A stretch of 64,000 nt of DNA. Source: an uncultured Alphaproteobacteria bacterium (lineage in GTDB: Bacteria > Pseudomonadota > Alphaproteobacteria > RF32 > CAG-239). The stretch spans positions 20,611 to 84,610 of the forward strand of contig CALYAX010000005.1 in NCBI GenBank assembly GCA_944393665.1. Direction: 5' to 3'. Positions within the stretch are counted from its first letter, which is position 1, and the number at the start of each line of letters is the position of its first letter. The notes under the pieces are model-generated. The model had not been told where the DNA came from. It did not search any database and saw nothing but the letters and a program-made list of their open reading frames with translations. Positions 48,630 through 58,840 of this stretch are shown piece after piece. The translations under genes and the position numbers were made by a program.

Positions 48630-50261
48630 TTATTTGGCAAGTTTTTCCAAATCGCTGGGAAAGTTGACATCAATAAATTTGTCAGTGTCTTTTTCTTCCA
48701 GCAGGGTCAGATAGTCGGAATGTTCAACGAAAACCGGACGGATATCGGCATTCTCAGGAACGATATCAGCCTGGGGATAAAGCGCCTTGCTCCATAAAAC
48801 CGGATTTTTCTTGACCCCCTGATGGGCAAACATAATCACTTGTTTTTCCGCACCGGGCCGGCAGGCATCAATCAGACGGTTTAAATCGTCAGCTTCAATG
48901 CCGGGCATATCGGCGGGCAGAAGAATCGCCCCGTCGCAAAAACCGGGAACAGAGGAAAGTCCCAATGCAATTGAGGTTTTAATACCTGAACGGTAGGCCG
49001 GATTGTAAATGACATTGATATCCAGATTTTCCAATTCCGCTGCCATTTCATCATCATGATAACCGGTTACCACAAAAACCGGACGGGCATTGGAAGCCAT
49101 CGCGGCCCGCACCGCCCGCATAAACAAAGGCTTTCCGTCTGGAAGCGGAACCATCAGCTTATTACGCCCGCTGCGGCTTCCTACTCCGGCGGCAAGAATC
49201 ACAGCTCCGACTGAAGCGGAAGCACCGCTGCGGGCAGACGGCGCCGGAGAAATCAAACGTGCGGCAGCCTCCGGATCAAGCAGTTGTCCCTGCGGTAATT
49301 CCGGCAAAGGGATACGGGTGAATTCTTCATGATTTAATTTTTCCGTCAACAGGGCTTTTTTGATACACCGGTTGATCAACCCGCTGTCAGCGGCGGCATA
49401 ATGATACGGCAGCACAATGATTTTGGTCTGGCGCTTCTCCGCAATCAGCAAATCTGAAGCACCAAATTGAGGCAAACGGGTCAACGACGGGCTGTCGGCA
49501 ATTTTGGCGATGGCCGTGGGAATAATATCCTGTAAACAAGACGTGCGAAGCGGTGAAAGAACAAAAACAACGTCCAACCGGGCACGGAGAGCCGTTTCAA
49601 GAGTATCGGCCACAGCGTCAACCGTGTACTCCGTATTATATTCCTGTAAAAAATCGAATCCGAATCCCTGAAAGTCTTTGACCAATTTTTTTACCATTGC
49701 CGTAAAGCGCCTGGTTTCGGCGGCAGTATTCTGCTGACGGCCGTAAATCAGCCCGGTACGGTATTGTCCCGGCTTAACAACGCTCAACAGTTCGGTATTA
49801 CCTGACAAACGAAAAACAATATCGTCAACCAGACTACTGCTGACAAAAGGAACAGTGAGTTCCAAAGAAGCAATGATTTCCCCGCTTTTTACAACCGCAA
49901 ATGACTCTATGGTGTTAAGCACCAGCAAATCATTAAAACGATTAAACTTCTGAACCCGGTCGGTAATCGTATAAAAAATGCCGTCTTCCGCAGCAACAAT
50001 TTTACAGACGTTATTATCAATAGCATAGGAAACACCCGCACCGCAAAGACGCGCGACAATCATCCCCAAAGCAGTAGCAGCGCTGAGGTCATCGTCTTCT
50101 ATTCTGGCGCCGAAGACGGTTTTGATGTCGTGCATTTTAAAAATGAGAATATCTTCCGCAGTCAGTTCATGGCCGGCAGGATAAACTTTTGCCCCAAGTT
50201 TGATTTCATTAAATAATCGGACCTGTTTAGCCTGACTGAGCGGAAATTCCTGATATTTCAT
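48630..50261 (-). CDS. two-domain protein: N-terminal ~330 aa (possibly a molybdopterin-binding-like domain) fused to a C-terminal MobA/MocA-like nucleotidyltransferase domain
   Basis: C-terminal AVILAAGVGSRSGRNK matches the MobA-like NTP_transf_3 signature. The N-terminal identity is uncertain. Confidence 0.5.
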   Translation of the reverse strand: MKYQEFPLSQAKQVRLFNEIKLGAKVYPAGHELTAEDILIFKMHDIKTVFGARIEDDDLSAATALGMIVARLCGAGVSYAIDNNVCKIVAAEDGIFYTITDRVQKFNRFNDLLVLNTIESFAVVKSGEIIASLELTVPFVSSSLVDDIVFRLSGNTELLSVVKPGQYRTGLIYGRQQNTAAETRRFTAMVKKLVKDFQGFGFDFLQEYNTEYTVDAVADTLETALRARLDVVFVLSPLRTSCLQDIIPTAIAKIADSPSLTRLPQFGASDLLIAEKRQTKIIVLPYHYAAADSGLINRCIKKALLTEKLNHEEFTRIPLPELPQGQLLDPEAAARLISPAPSARSGASASVGAVILAAGVGSRSGRNKLMVPLPDGKPLFMRAVRAAMASNARPVFVVTGYHDDEMAAELENLDINVIYNPAYRSGIKTSIALGLSSVPGFCDGAILLPADMPGIEADDLNRLIDACRPGAEKQVIMFAHQGVKKNPVLWSKALYPQADIVPENADIRPVFVEHSDYLTLLEEKDTDKFIDVNFPSDLEKLAK

Positions 50262-50343
50262 TCCGGTTACCCCTTTATTTTTGATATAAGGTTATTTTAG
50301 CAAAATGCCACCAAATAAAAAGTTAATTTTTTGCTCTTTAAAC

Positions 50344-50365
50344 AAAAAGGGAGCAAAAGCTCCCC
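50344..50365 (-). terminator. Rho-independent terminator for the small lipoprotein gene (GGGAGC-tttt-GCTCCC followed by a T-run on the minus strand)
   Basis: Read directly. Confidence 0.6.
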
Positions 50366-50366
50366 A

Positions 50367-50540
50367 TTAATCTTTTTTAATGATGTCCCTGGTATCTTTT
50401 ACCGTGCGGTGGACATCATAGGTGACACGTTCCAGTTTCTGGGTGGTGCGTAACGAAGCGTCCAAAACTTCTACCCAGGAACCACAAGAACTGAACAACC
50501 AAGCCAGCCCTATCAACAGAATAACTTTTTTTGTTTTCAT
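50367..50540 (-). CDS. small lipoprotein (57 aa: MKTKKVILLIGLAWLFSSCGSWVEVLDASLRTTQKLERVTYDVHRTVKDTRDIIKKD), absent from the ORF track (below the 60-aa cut-off)
   Basis: Manual translation. Signal peptide plus lipobox-like LFSSC with its own terminator. There is no obvious SD, which lowers confidence. Confidence 0.45.
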   Translation of the reverse strand: MKTKKVILLIGLAWLFSSCGSWVEVLDASLRTTQKLERVTYDVHRTVKDTRDIIKKD

Positions 50541-50708
50541 ATTTTTATTTTGAGATATCTATTTATAAGTAATTGAATTTTGTTTTGTAATCTAACATAG
50601 AAATTATTTCGTTTCAAGCTTTTAGACAAAAGAAAAATAAACTTTACCTGTTGACACGGCAAATAATTTAATTAGAGAGTAAGGTATTATTCCCTTTTAT
50701 GTGAAGAT

Positions 50709-50737
50709 GAAAAATGGGTTGCAATCTCTTGCAACCC
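50709..50737 (-). terminator. Rho-independent terminator of the rplM-rpsI operon
   Basis: GGGTTGCA-atctc-TGCAACCC followed by a T-run on the minus strand, 30 nt after the rpsI stop. Confidence 0.7.
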
Positions 50738-50769
50738 ATTGAAAATATTTGATATTTTTCTGATACCAA

Positions 50770-51270
50770 TTAACGTTTAGAGAACTGATAAGAACGGCGG
50801 GCTTTGGCGCGGCCATATTTCTTACGTTCTACCGTACGGTCATCACGGGTCAGGAAACCTGCTTTTTTCAAAACGGTGCGCAGTTCCGGCTCATATTCGT
50901 TCAGAGCTTTGGAGATACCGTGTTTGATGGCTCCGGCCTGACCGGACAATCCGCCGCCTTTTACCGTGCAGACAACATCAAATTCGTTGACGCGGTTAGA
51001 AATTTCAAACGGCTGATTGATAATCATTTTCAAAACCGGGCGGGCAAAATACTGATCAATCGATTTCTCGTTAATCGTAATATTACCTTTACCGGGTTTA
51101 ATCCAGACGCGGGCAACGGCATCTTTACGTTTTCCGGTGGCATACGAACGGCCGAACTTATCGCGTTTGGGTTTGTTTACAACAGTTTCGCTGTTGGCAG
51201 AAACGGCAGCTTTGGCAACTTTAGCCGAAGCGCTTTTCAGATCTTTCAAAGATTCAATTTTCTCAGCCAT
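50770..51270 (-). CDS. rpsI: 30S ribosomal protein S9
   Basis: Conserved C-terminus ...[10 protein letters not shown] with S9 signatures. Confidence 0.95.
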   Translation of the reverse strand: MAEKIESLKDLKSASAKVAKAAVSANSETVVNKPKRDKFGRSYATGKRKDAVARVWIKPGKGNITINEKSIDQYFARPVLKMIINQPFEISNRVNEFDVVCTVKGGGLSGQAGAIKHGISKALNEYEPELRTVLKKAGFLTRDDRTVERKKYGRAKARRSYQFSKR

Positions 51271-51737
51271 TACAGGGCGCTCCTCTTATTCTTGGGGTTC
51301 TTGGAAGCAATATCCAGAACTTCAGGGTTTTGAGCCGAATGAGGGTGATTCTCACCAGCATAAACTTTCAACTTGGTCATCTGCTGACGGCCCATCGGGT
51401 TGCGGGTAATCATGCGCTCAACAGCTTTCATGATAACGCGCTCCGGAAAACGGCCTTCCAAAATTTTAGCCGGGGTGGTTTCTTTAATTCCGCCGACCCA
51501 GCCGGTATGTTTATAATAAACTTTATCGGTGAGCTTTTTACCGGTCAGTTTAACTTTATCGGCATTGATAACAACAACATAGTCACCACAATCAAGGTTG
51601 GGAACGTAGTTGGGTTTGTGTTTGCCGCGCAGGATCTTGGAGATTTCTGCAGCCAGACGGCCGAGAACAACGCCCTGAGCATCAACAACATACCATTTTC
51701 TCTCAATGTCAGAGGGTTTGGTTGCATAAGTGTTCAT
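51270..51737 (-). CDS. rplM: 50S ribosomal protein L13
   Basis: 155 aa, [20 protein letters not shown]... typical of L13, overlapping rpsI by 1 nt. Confidence 0.95.
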   Translation of the reverse strand: MNTYATKPSDIERKWYVVDAQGVVLGRLAAEISKILRGKHKPNYVPNLDCGDYVVVINADKVKLTGKKLTDKVYYKHTGWVGGIKETTPAKILEGRFPERVIMKAVERMITRNPMGRQQMTKLKVYAGENHPHSAQNPEVLDIASKNPKNKRSAL

Positions 51738-51910
51738 ACTTTTCTCTCTTTTAAAAAGATGGTTAATGAATTCGGAAGTGACTATACATGAAATAATCCC
51801 AATGTCAACAACAAAATATCAGTAAATTTCAATCAGTTAATTGACGGTATTATTATACCGTTAGCCAACATATTGATTTTATTTATTTTTCATCAATTTA
51901 ATATAAAACA

Positions 51911-51939
51911 AAAAAAATAATTGATTTTTGTCTAATATC
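51911..51939 (+). promoter_or_regulatory. sigma70-like promoter TTGATT - 17 nt - TATACT for the 51984 gene
   Basis: Read directly. SD GGAGGG at 51972..51977. Confidence 0.5.
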
Positions 51940-51983
51940 TATTTATACTTAATTATATTCTGTTGTTTATCTGGAGGGAAATC

Positions 51984-53828
51984 ATGCCGGAAAATGATAT
52001 TTTTGAGGGAATTGGTTATCAGGATGTAAATGATTATCTGTCATCTGCAGTCAATATCCGTGAATCAAAAGTTTATCAGTTATTCAGCAATCTGCGCGAA
52101 GCCTCGCGCAATGCCGGGACTTTTGAAGAAGCCGAAAAGCTTGCGATTGGACTTAACCGGTTTGCCATGCAGCTTGATCCCAAAAATGAAAAACATCGCA
52201 ACTTTTATAATAATTTGGAAGGGGCTTTTATTGACAATCTTTCCAAAGAATTCAGGGAATGTTCTTTTTATGACAACTGCCCGACAGTTAATAAAATAAA
52301 TTATATCTTACTCTCCGGCTTTTCGACCTATACTAAACTGGCGCAAATATCTTCTTTGAATAAAATTCCGCCGCAATTGCAAGAAAATCTGCTGGCTGCG
52401 CCATACAGCACTTTTGAAAACACGCTCCCGTTTATTTACAATGCGGAATGTAATGATTCCCTGCGAAATAAAATTAATGATACCCTTGTTTACCAATCCA
52501 ATCACTCTGCCAATAACTTACTTGCAAATCTGAAAACTAAATTCCATAACTTTAAGACATTGAAAAAATTAGATGACAGTATTTTCAAGGAAAAGGTTAA
52601 AGAAATTCTGGAAAAAGATGCCTTGTTGTATAAGTTAACGCAGCATAACGGCGTACTCCCCGATACTTTATCCGGGCGCTTCGACTTGTTTTTAAAGACC
52701 GGCGATTTTCAAACGGACAAAACAACCCAAAGACTGGCAAACGAGCTCGCTTTTGCAGACATCCGCGACGGCAAAGCCGAAAAACTCGGGGCCGATAAAA
52801 TAGCCGTCCTGTTGGCAAGCGATGTTCATTTGGGATATTTAACCGAAAAAATCAGCCTTGAAAAGCTTAATCAAGTTTTTAACCATGCCAACAAACACGG
52901 TTTAAATATTGCCCGAACCGTCCGGGATAAATTTTTTAATCAGGAACTGGCTGCCGCAAAGGACTGGAATAAAATTTTGAACATGACCCGGTATAAAGAC
53001 GGCTGCAGCGGTTCCCGTTCATCAGTTAAAGACTATCAAACCCGCTTTGAGATTGCAGCACAGAAAATAACCGAAATAAAAAACAGCCAGGAATATGCCT
53101 TTATGACGGCTGATATTCAAGAATATGAAAAGAGGGCTGCCGGGTTGAAAGAAATATATGAAAACAGCAACCGTTTGTCCGGCTGTATCGGTTATCTGGA
53201 ACGGATTCAGGCACTGAGTGAAAATGTTTTAAAAAATTTCAGCTCACAGAAAGACGCCGGCCTCTCCGGAAAAGATCTGGAGAAAGCTGCCGGCAATGCC
53301 CTCAATAATAACTTTGAGCCGCTGGCGCACACAAACGCCAGGCTCCCTTTTCTGTTTGGCAGGAAAGAAGAAAAAAGACGCCAGCAAGCTTTGAACAACG
53401 CCGTTGATCAGTTTAACAAAATCCTCAAAGAACTTTCCGCCGACAAAAACGCAAACCGGCAGATTAAGAACACACTGTTAAGTTATTCAGGAAAGCTGCT
53501 TGAAAAATCTACCCTGGAAGCACTTAAAAACAGTTTTCAAGAAACACGGCAAGAGATCAACCGGAGAACGGATGACTTAAATTATATTGAGAAAAATTGG
53601 AATATACGCCAGAAAAAAATGACTCTTGAAGAAATCGCCGCTTCAGAAAAGGCGATAAGGCAAAATGCTGATGCTGCCGGTAAAGAAAAAGACCGCCGTT
53701 TGTCGGAAGCAAGAAACAGACTGAAAGAAAAAACCGGCATTGATACAGCGGAAGGCAAGTCTGGCGCCGTGAAAGCGGATAAAATTGCGGCGGAAGTTAT
53801 CCGCGCCAAGAAAAGCAACGGCAAATAG
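51984..53828 (+). CDS. hypothetical Lys/Asn-rich protein (614 aa from MPENDIFEG; ORF track gives 51963), AT-rich gene with no signal peptide
   Basis: Long ORF with its own promoter and terminator. Its composition is clearly lower in GC than its neighbours. Confidence 0.55.
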   Translation: MPENDIFEGIGYQDVNDYLSSAVNIRESKVYQLFSNLREASRNAGTFEEAEKLAIGLNRFAMQLDPKNEKHRNFYNNLEGAFIDNLSKEFRECSFYDNCPTVNKINYILLSGFSTYTKLAQISSLNKIPPQLQENLLAAPYSTFENTLPFIYNAECNDSLRNKINDTLVYQSNHSANNLLANLKTKFHNFKTLKKLDDSIFKEKVKEILEKDALLYKLTQHNGVLPDTLSGRFDLFLKTGDFQTDKTTQRLANELAFADIRDGKAEKLGADKIAVLLASDVHLGYLTEKISLEKLNQVFNHANKHGLNIARTVRDKFFNQELAAAKDWNKILNMTRYKDGCSGSRSSVKDYQTRFEIAAQKITEIKNSQEYAFMTADIQEYEKRAAGLKEIYENSNRLSGCIGYLERIQALSENVLKNFSSQKDAGLSGKDLEKAAGNALNNNFEPLAHTNARLPFLFGRKEEKRRQQALNNAVDQFNKILKELSADKNANRQIKNTLLSYSGKLLEKSTLEALKNSFQETRQEINRRTDDLNYIEKNWNIRQKKMTLEEIAASEKAIRQNADAAGKEKDRRLSEARNRLKEKTGIDTAEGKSGAVKADKIAAEVIRAKKSNGK

Positions 53829-53830
53829 AA

Positions 53831-53862
53831 TTATCCCCGGTTGTAAACCGGGGATAATTTTC
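53831..53862. terminator. Rho-independent terminator (TTATCCCCGGTT-gta-AACCGGGGATAA-TTTT) between the 51984 gene (+) and mutS (-)
   Basis: Read directly. Confidence 0.75.
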
Positions 53863-53898
53863 AATAACTTAACGCCCCTAAGTCATGACACTTTAGGT

Positions 53899-56595
53899 TT
53901 AACCAGCCAGCAAGGTCTTTAACTCATAGAGTTTTTCCAGCGCTTCCTTAGGGCTCAGCTCATCGGGGTTGACGGCTTCCAGCGCTTCGACAGCGGGAGA
54001 ATTGGCATTGGCGGCGGGTTCTTCTTTGGCGCGCAGCGCTGCAAACAGCGGCAGATCATCAGCCAGATCTTCAATCGACCGGCTTTTGCCGTTGTTTTCC
54101 AGCGAATGGAGCACCTGTCCGGCCCGTTTGACAACCGCTTTGGGCAGTCCGGCCAGTTTGGCAACATGTATCCCGTAAGAACGGTCCGCAGCGCCGTCGA
54201 TTACTTCGTGAAGGAAAATCACCTCGTCGTTAAACTCCTTGATTTTCATGCAGTGGAGCGTCATAGACGGCAGTTTGGAGGTCAGCGCGGTCAGTTCATG
54301 GTAATGGGTGGCAAACAATGCGCGGCATTTGTTGACCTCGTGCAGATGTTCAACCACCGCCCAGGCAATTGACAAGCCGTCAAAAGTGGCGGTTCCCCGG
54401 CCGATTTCATCCAAGATGACAAAAGAACGTTCATCAGCACGATTTAAAATTCCCGCCGTTTCCACCATCTCAACCATAAAGGTTGAACGTCCCCGGGCCA
54501 AATCGTCAGAAGCGCCGACACGGGAAAAAATCTTGTCAATCACCCCGATGCGGGCATAAGAACACGGCACAAAAGATCCCATCTGCGCCATAATCGCGAT
54601 GATTGCATTCTGACGCAAAAAAGTGGATTTACCGGCCATATTGGGTCCGGTCAACAGCCAAAGGTGGCCGTTTTCTTCATCAAGACAGCAATTATTGCCG
54701 ACAAAAGTTCCGGCATTGTCCTTGGCAATGGCATTTTCCACCACCGGGTGGCGCCCGTCTTTGATATCAAAAACCAGACTATCATCAATCAGCGGGCGGC
54801 AATAATTATTTTCAACGGCCAAATCAGCCAGCGCCGCGGCCACATCCAGTTCGGCCAAAGCTTTGGCGGTACGCAAAATATCTTCGGAGGCCAGTTTGAC
54901 ATCGCGGACCAGATTATCAAAAATCTCCAGTTCAATAGCCAGGGCTTTATCTGCCGCACCGCGAATTTTGTTTTCCAATTCGGTCAGCTCAACAGTGGTA
55001 AACCGCGAGGCATTCAAAACTGACTGACGGTGAATATATTGCGGATCTTCAAGCAGCTGGGGAGCAAATTTGCTCTGAACCTCAATAAAATACCCGATGA
55101 CATTGTTAAACTTGATTTTAAGATTGGCAATGCCGGCGGCTTCGGAATATTTGGCCTGAAGTTCGACAATCAGCTGGTGGCTGTCGTTTTTAAGGCGTTT
55201 AACCTCATCAAGCGGTGGATAGAATCCGGCCCGGACAAAACCGCCGTCACGGGCCAATAAAGGCAATTCTTCATCCAAAGCCTGTTCCAGGGTTTTGACC
55301 ATTTCATTATGGCGCCCCAGGCGAAGGACAACGGCTTTTACGGCTGCCGGTAACTCTCCGGAGACGGTTTCCTCTCCGTCACGTCCAAAACCCGTCAGCA
55401 GGTTTTTCAACCCCGGCACTAATGCCAGTGCCGTTTTGATATTAGCCAGATCCCGCGGGCCGCCGCGCCCCAATGACAGACGCGACACCGCACGTTCAAT
55501 ATCCGGGCAGGCTTTAAGGGCTGCGCGGAGTTCTGAACGAATCCGGGGATAATTGGCAAAAAACTCCACCTGGTCAAGCCGCTGGTTGATGGCGGCAATA
55601 TCCTTGAGCGGATTAGCGGCGCGCGAGGCCAGCACACGCCCCCCGGCGCCGGTCACGGTACGGTCAATCACGCCGAGAAGGCAGCTGTTTTTATCACCCG
55701 ACAGCGACTCGGTCAGCTCCAGGGAGCGGCGGGTAGCTCCGTCAATTTCCATAATCGACGCCTCGGTTACTTTCACCGGATTAGCCAGCAAGGGAATTTT
55801 GCCTTTCTGGGTGTTTTCAACATAGTCGAGCAAAACCCCGGCAGCGGTGATTTCGGCACGGCTGAAAGATCCGAAGACCTCCAGCGTTTCAACCTTGTAA
55901 ATATCTTCAAGGCGTTTTTTGGCGTTTTCGCTGTTAAAACGGGCCTGGGGCAAGACAGACAACTGGTCGCGGTAATCATTCAAAACATTAAAGATGACCG
56001 GATTTTGCAGATAAAAATCCGAAATTACCAGTTCCACCGGGTTTAACCGTGACAAAACTCCGGCCAGGATCAGGGCCTCGTCCTGTCCCTTGAGGCTTAT
56101 TTCCTGCAAATAAAAATCACCGGTGGAAATATCGAGCCACGACAGGCCGAGCTGGTCATTCACCCGGGCAACAGTCAGCAAAAAGTTGTTTCTCTTGGCT
56201 TCCAGCAATGGCTCTTCGGTCAGGGTTCCTGCGGTTACGAGGCGGATAACCTCGCGCTTGACCACCGATTTGGCACCGCGCTTTTTAGCCTCTTTGGGAT
56301 CTTCTACCTGCTCGCAGATGGCGACCTTATAACCCTGGCGAATCAGCTTGGCCAGATAACTTTCGTAGGCATGGAAAGGAACACCGCACATGGGAATATC
56401 CTGACTGTCAAGCTTGCCGCGTTTGGTGAGGGCAATATCAAGCGCCTTGGAAGCTTTGACGGCATCGTCCATAAACAGTTCGTAAAAATCGCCCATACGG
56501 TAGAACAGCAGATAGTCCTGATGCTGGGCTTTGATGGCAAGATACTGGCTCATCATCGGAGTCAGATTGGCGTGGTTTTCATTCAGTTCAGTCAT
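53899..56595 (-). CDS. mutS: DNA mismatch repair protein MutS
   Basis: 898 aa with N-terminal mismatch-binding F.Y.LF motif region, Walker [10 protein letters not shown] and HTH C-terminus. Confidence 0.95.
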   Translation of the reverse strand: MTELNENHANLTPMMSQYLAIKAQHQDYLLFYRMGDFYELFMDDAVKASKALDIALTKRGKLDSQDIPMCGVPFHAYESYLAKLIRQGYKVAICEQVEDPKEAKKRGAKSVVKREVIRLVTAGTLTEEPLLEAKRNNFLLTVARVNDQLGLSWLDISTGDFYLQEISLKGQDEALILAGVLSRLNPVELVISDFYLQNPVIFNVLNDYRDQLSVLPQARFNSENAKKRLEDIYKVETLEVFGSFSRAEITAAGVLLDYVENTQKGKIPLLANPVKVTEASIMEIDGATRRSLELTESLSGDKNSCLLGVIDRTVTGAGGRVLASRAANPLKDIAAINQRLDQVEFFANYPRIRSELRAALKACPDIERAVSRLSLGRGGPRDLANIKTALALVPGLKNLLTGFGRDGEETVSGELPAAVKAVVLRLGRHNEMVKTLEQALDEELPLLARDGGFVRAGFYPPLDEVKRLKNDSHQLIVELQAKYSEAAGIANLKIKFNNVIGYFIEVQSKFAPQLLEDPQYIHRQSVLNASRFTTVELTELENKIRGAADKALAIELEIFDNLVRDVKLASEDILRTAKALAELDVAAALADLAVENNYCRPLIDDSLVFDIKDGRHPVVENAIAKDNAGTFVGNNCCLDEENGHLWLLTGPNMAGKSTFLRQNAIIAIMAQMGSFVPCSYARIGVIDKIFSRVGASDDLARGRSTFMVEMVETAGILNRADERSFVILDEIGRGTATFDGLSIAWAVVEHLHEVNKCRALFATHYHELTALTSKLPSMTLHCMKIKEFNDEVIFLHEVIDGAADRSYGIHVAKLAGLPKAVVKRAGQVLHSLENNGKSRSIEDLADDLPLFAALRAKEEPAANANSPAVEALEAVNPDELSPKEALEKLYELKTLLAG

Positions 56596-56691
56596 TTTAT
56601 TTGCAAATATTTAGTGATTTTAAACTTGTTATAGCATAGTATATTTATAAATTCAGGTCTAGGATTAATTGCAAGATATGGGACAATTAAC

Positions 56692-58122
56692 ATGTTTGAG
56701 CGTGCGCGCAAGGCTTTAGGCATTGAAAAAAACAGCAAATTTGTTGAGCGGGTGCTGTTTTTGACTTTTCCGACAGCCCTGGTTTTTGTGATTTTGGCAG
56801 CTTTCCGGCTGGTGGACCCGATGCTGGCGGTCATCTCGCTGGGGGCTGTGGTCCTGTTTAACATCGTGCTGCTGTTTCCGCTGACATTTGAGCTGCAGCA
56901 GATTAAAAACTATGTTAACACCCTGTCCAACGGCGGCGAATTTGATGAGAAGACCATAAACCTGTCGGAAAAAGATGCCAAAGAAATCGTGACTGCGGTT
57001 AACGCCATGCACCGTTTCTGGGCTCAAAAGACTGACATGCTGGAAGCGCAGACCATTTCCGACACGGCGGTACTGGACTCCCTGCCCGACCCGATTATGA
57101 TGATTGACCGCTCCGGCAACATTTTGGGAGCCAATCTTTCGGCCCGCAATACTTTTGGCAAAAATATCACTGATAAAAACGTGGAAAAGCTTTTCCCGTC
57201 AAATAATTTTATCAGTGCGGTCAGTAAGGTCCTTAACAAAGAAAGCAAAGCCGAAAACCTGATTTTTTATACCGGCGGCAAAGACAGCCAAAAGCTTTAT
57301 GCCCATATCAAACAGCTGCCGTGGCTGTCAAAAGGCCGGGCGGTTGCCGTCATATCTGTTTACGACCTGACCAAATCAATGAAAATCGAGAAAATGCAAT
57401 CGGATTTTGTAGCCAATGCCAGCCATGAGCTGCGAACGCCGCTGTCGGTTATTTCCGGTTTTATCGAAACCCTGCAAACCTCAGCCAAAGACGATGCTGA
57501 AGCCCGCGACCATTTTTTAAAAATTATGGGCGAGCAGGCCGAATATATGTCATCGCTGATTGAAGACCTGTTGTCGCTGTCTAAAATTGAACTCAAGCAG
57601 GATCAGCGGCCGGAGGAAAAAACCGAAGTTCTTGATATTGTGGAAGAAGTGGCACAGGCCTTGTCGCTGAAAGCCCAAAACCGCGACATGAAAATCAAAA
57701 TCCACGCGGAAGACAATATTCCTGAAATTACCGCCGACCGCGCCCAGGTTAAACAAGTAGTTCAGAATCTGACAGATAATGCCATCAAATACGGCCTAGC
57801 CAATACCGATGTTACGCTGCGGGTTAAAAACGCCGAAACCATCCCGCCGTCAAAAAGCTTCAAAACGGCCGGGGGTCCCGCCATTGCCATTTCAATCAAC
57901 AACAAAGGCCCCAAAATTTCTCCGGAAAATCTGGCGCGGCTTACCGAACGCTTTTACCGCATGCAAGAACACAAGGACTTGAATATCAAGGGAACCGGCT
58001 TAGGTTTATCTATCGCCAAACATATTATCATCCGCCACCAGGGCAACCTGACCGTCACCTCCAACGGCTATTCCGGCACCACATTTACAATTTATCTGCC
58101 GGTGGCGCAGGCAGAAGAATAA
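56692..58122 (+). CDS. PAS-domain sensor histidine kinase (PhoR-like)
   Basis: Two N-terminal TM segments, a PAS region, H-box HELRTPL and N/G1/G2 ATPase boxes. Confidence 0.8.
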   Translation: MFERARKALGIEKNSKFVERVLFLTFPTALVFVILAAFRLVDPMLAVISLGAVVLFNIVLLFPLTFELQQIKNYVNTLSNGGEFDEKTINLSEKDAKEIVTAVNAMHRFWAQKTDMLEAQTISDTAVLDSLPDPIMMIDRSGNILGANLSARNTFGKNITDKNVEKLFPSNNFISAVSKVLNKESKAENLIFYTGGKDSQKLYAHIKQLPWLSKGRAVAVISVYDLTKSMKIEKMQSDFVANASHELRTPLSVISGFIETLQTSAKDDAEARDHFLKIMGEQAEYMSSLIEDLLSLSKIELKQDQRPEEKTEVLDIVEEVAQALSLKAQNRDMKIKIHAEDNIPEITADRAQVKQVVQNLTDNAIKYGLANTDVTLRVKNAETIPPSKSFKTAGGPAIAISINNKGPKISPENLARLTERFYRMQEHKDLNIKGTGLGLSIAKHIIIRHQGNLTVTSNGYSGTTFTIYLPVAQAEE

Positions 58123-58134
58123 GGAGCTGTCGTT

Positions 58135-58806
58135 ATGAAATTGGAAATAATCGGCACTAATTCGGCTTTTGCCAAAGACGGCCCGACCACTTCGCTGATG
58201 GTCTGGGACAATGACGGCAAAGGAATTCTGCTGGACTGCGGGTATCCGATTTTTCAATATCTCGGCAAACTGGGATATCTGGATAAAATCAAGGCGGTTC
58301 TGCTGTCGCATACCCATCAGGACCATTGCGGCTCGGCGGTAACGCTGGCCGAATACGCCTTTCAGGTTTTGGGACGGCCGCTGATGATTGGCGGGGTTAA
58401 ATGGGATAAACTGCTCAAACTGTGTGACGGAGACGATTATCCTGAAAAGGTCCGCCTGACGGACGGGAGTTTTATAGTGGAGAGCTGGGAAGTTCCTCAC
58501 GCCAAAGGCATGGAATGCCGGGCGCTGCTGGTTAATGACAAAGTTCTGTTCAGCGGTGATACGGCGGTTTCCCTGCTGAACACCCCGCAGGCTGAAAAAG
58601 CCCGCATCATTATTCACGGCGCTCATCTGAAAGGAACGCCCAATTTGGTTGCAGTTTCAAAACTGGGCGATGCTCCGGCGGAAATCCGTACCAAAACCTG
58701 GCTGATTCATTATCTTCCCGCCAATTATGAACAAATGGCCGCCGCGGCGCAAAAATATGGCTTGGCCGGGGTTGTCAGGCCGGGAATGGTCTTTGACGAT
58801 CTTTAG
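58135..58806 (+). CDS. MBL-fold metallo-hydrolase (223 aa)
   Basis: HTHQDHCG metal-binding motif. Confidence 0.7.
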   Translation: MKLEIIGTNSAFAKDGPTTSLMVWDNDGKGILLDCGYPIFQYLGKLGYLDKIKAVLLSHTHQDHCGSAVTLAEYAFQVLGRPLMIGGVKWDKLLKLCDGDDYPEKVRLTDGSFIVESWEVPHAKGMECRALLVNDKVLFSGDTAVSLLNTPQAEKARIIIHGAHLKGTPNLVAVSKLGDAPAEIRTKTWLIHYLPANYEQMAAAAQKYGLAGVVRPGMVFDDL

Positions 58807-58840
58807 CGTTGGCGAGGCCCCGGAAACGGAGCCTTTGTCT

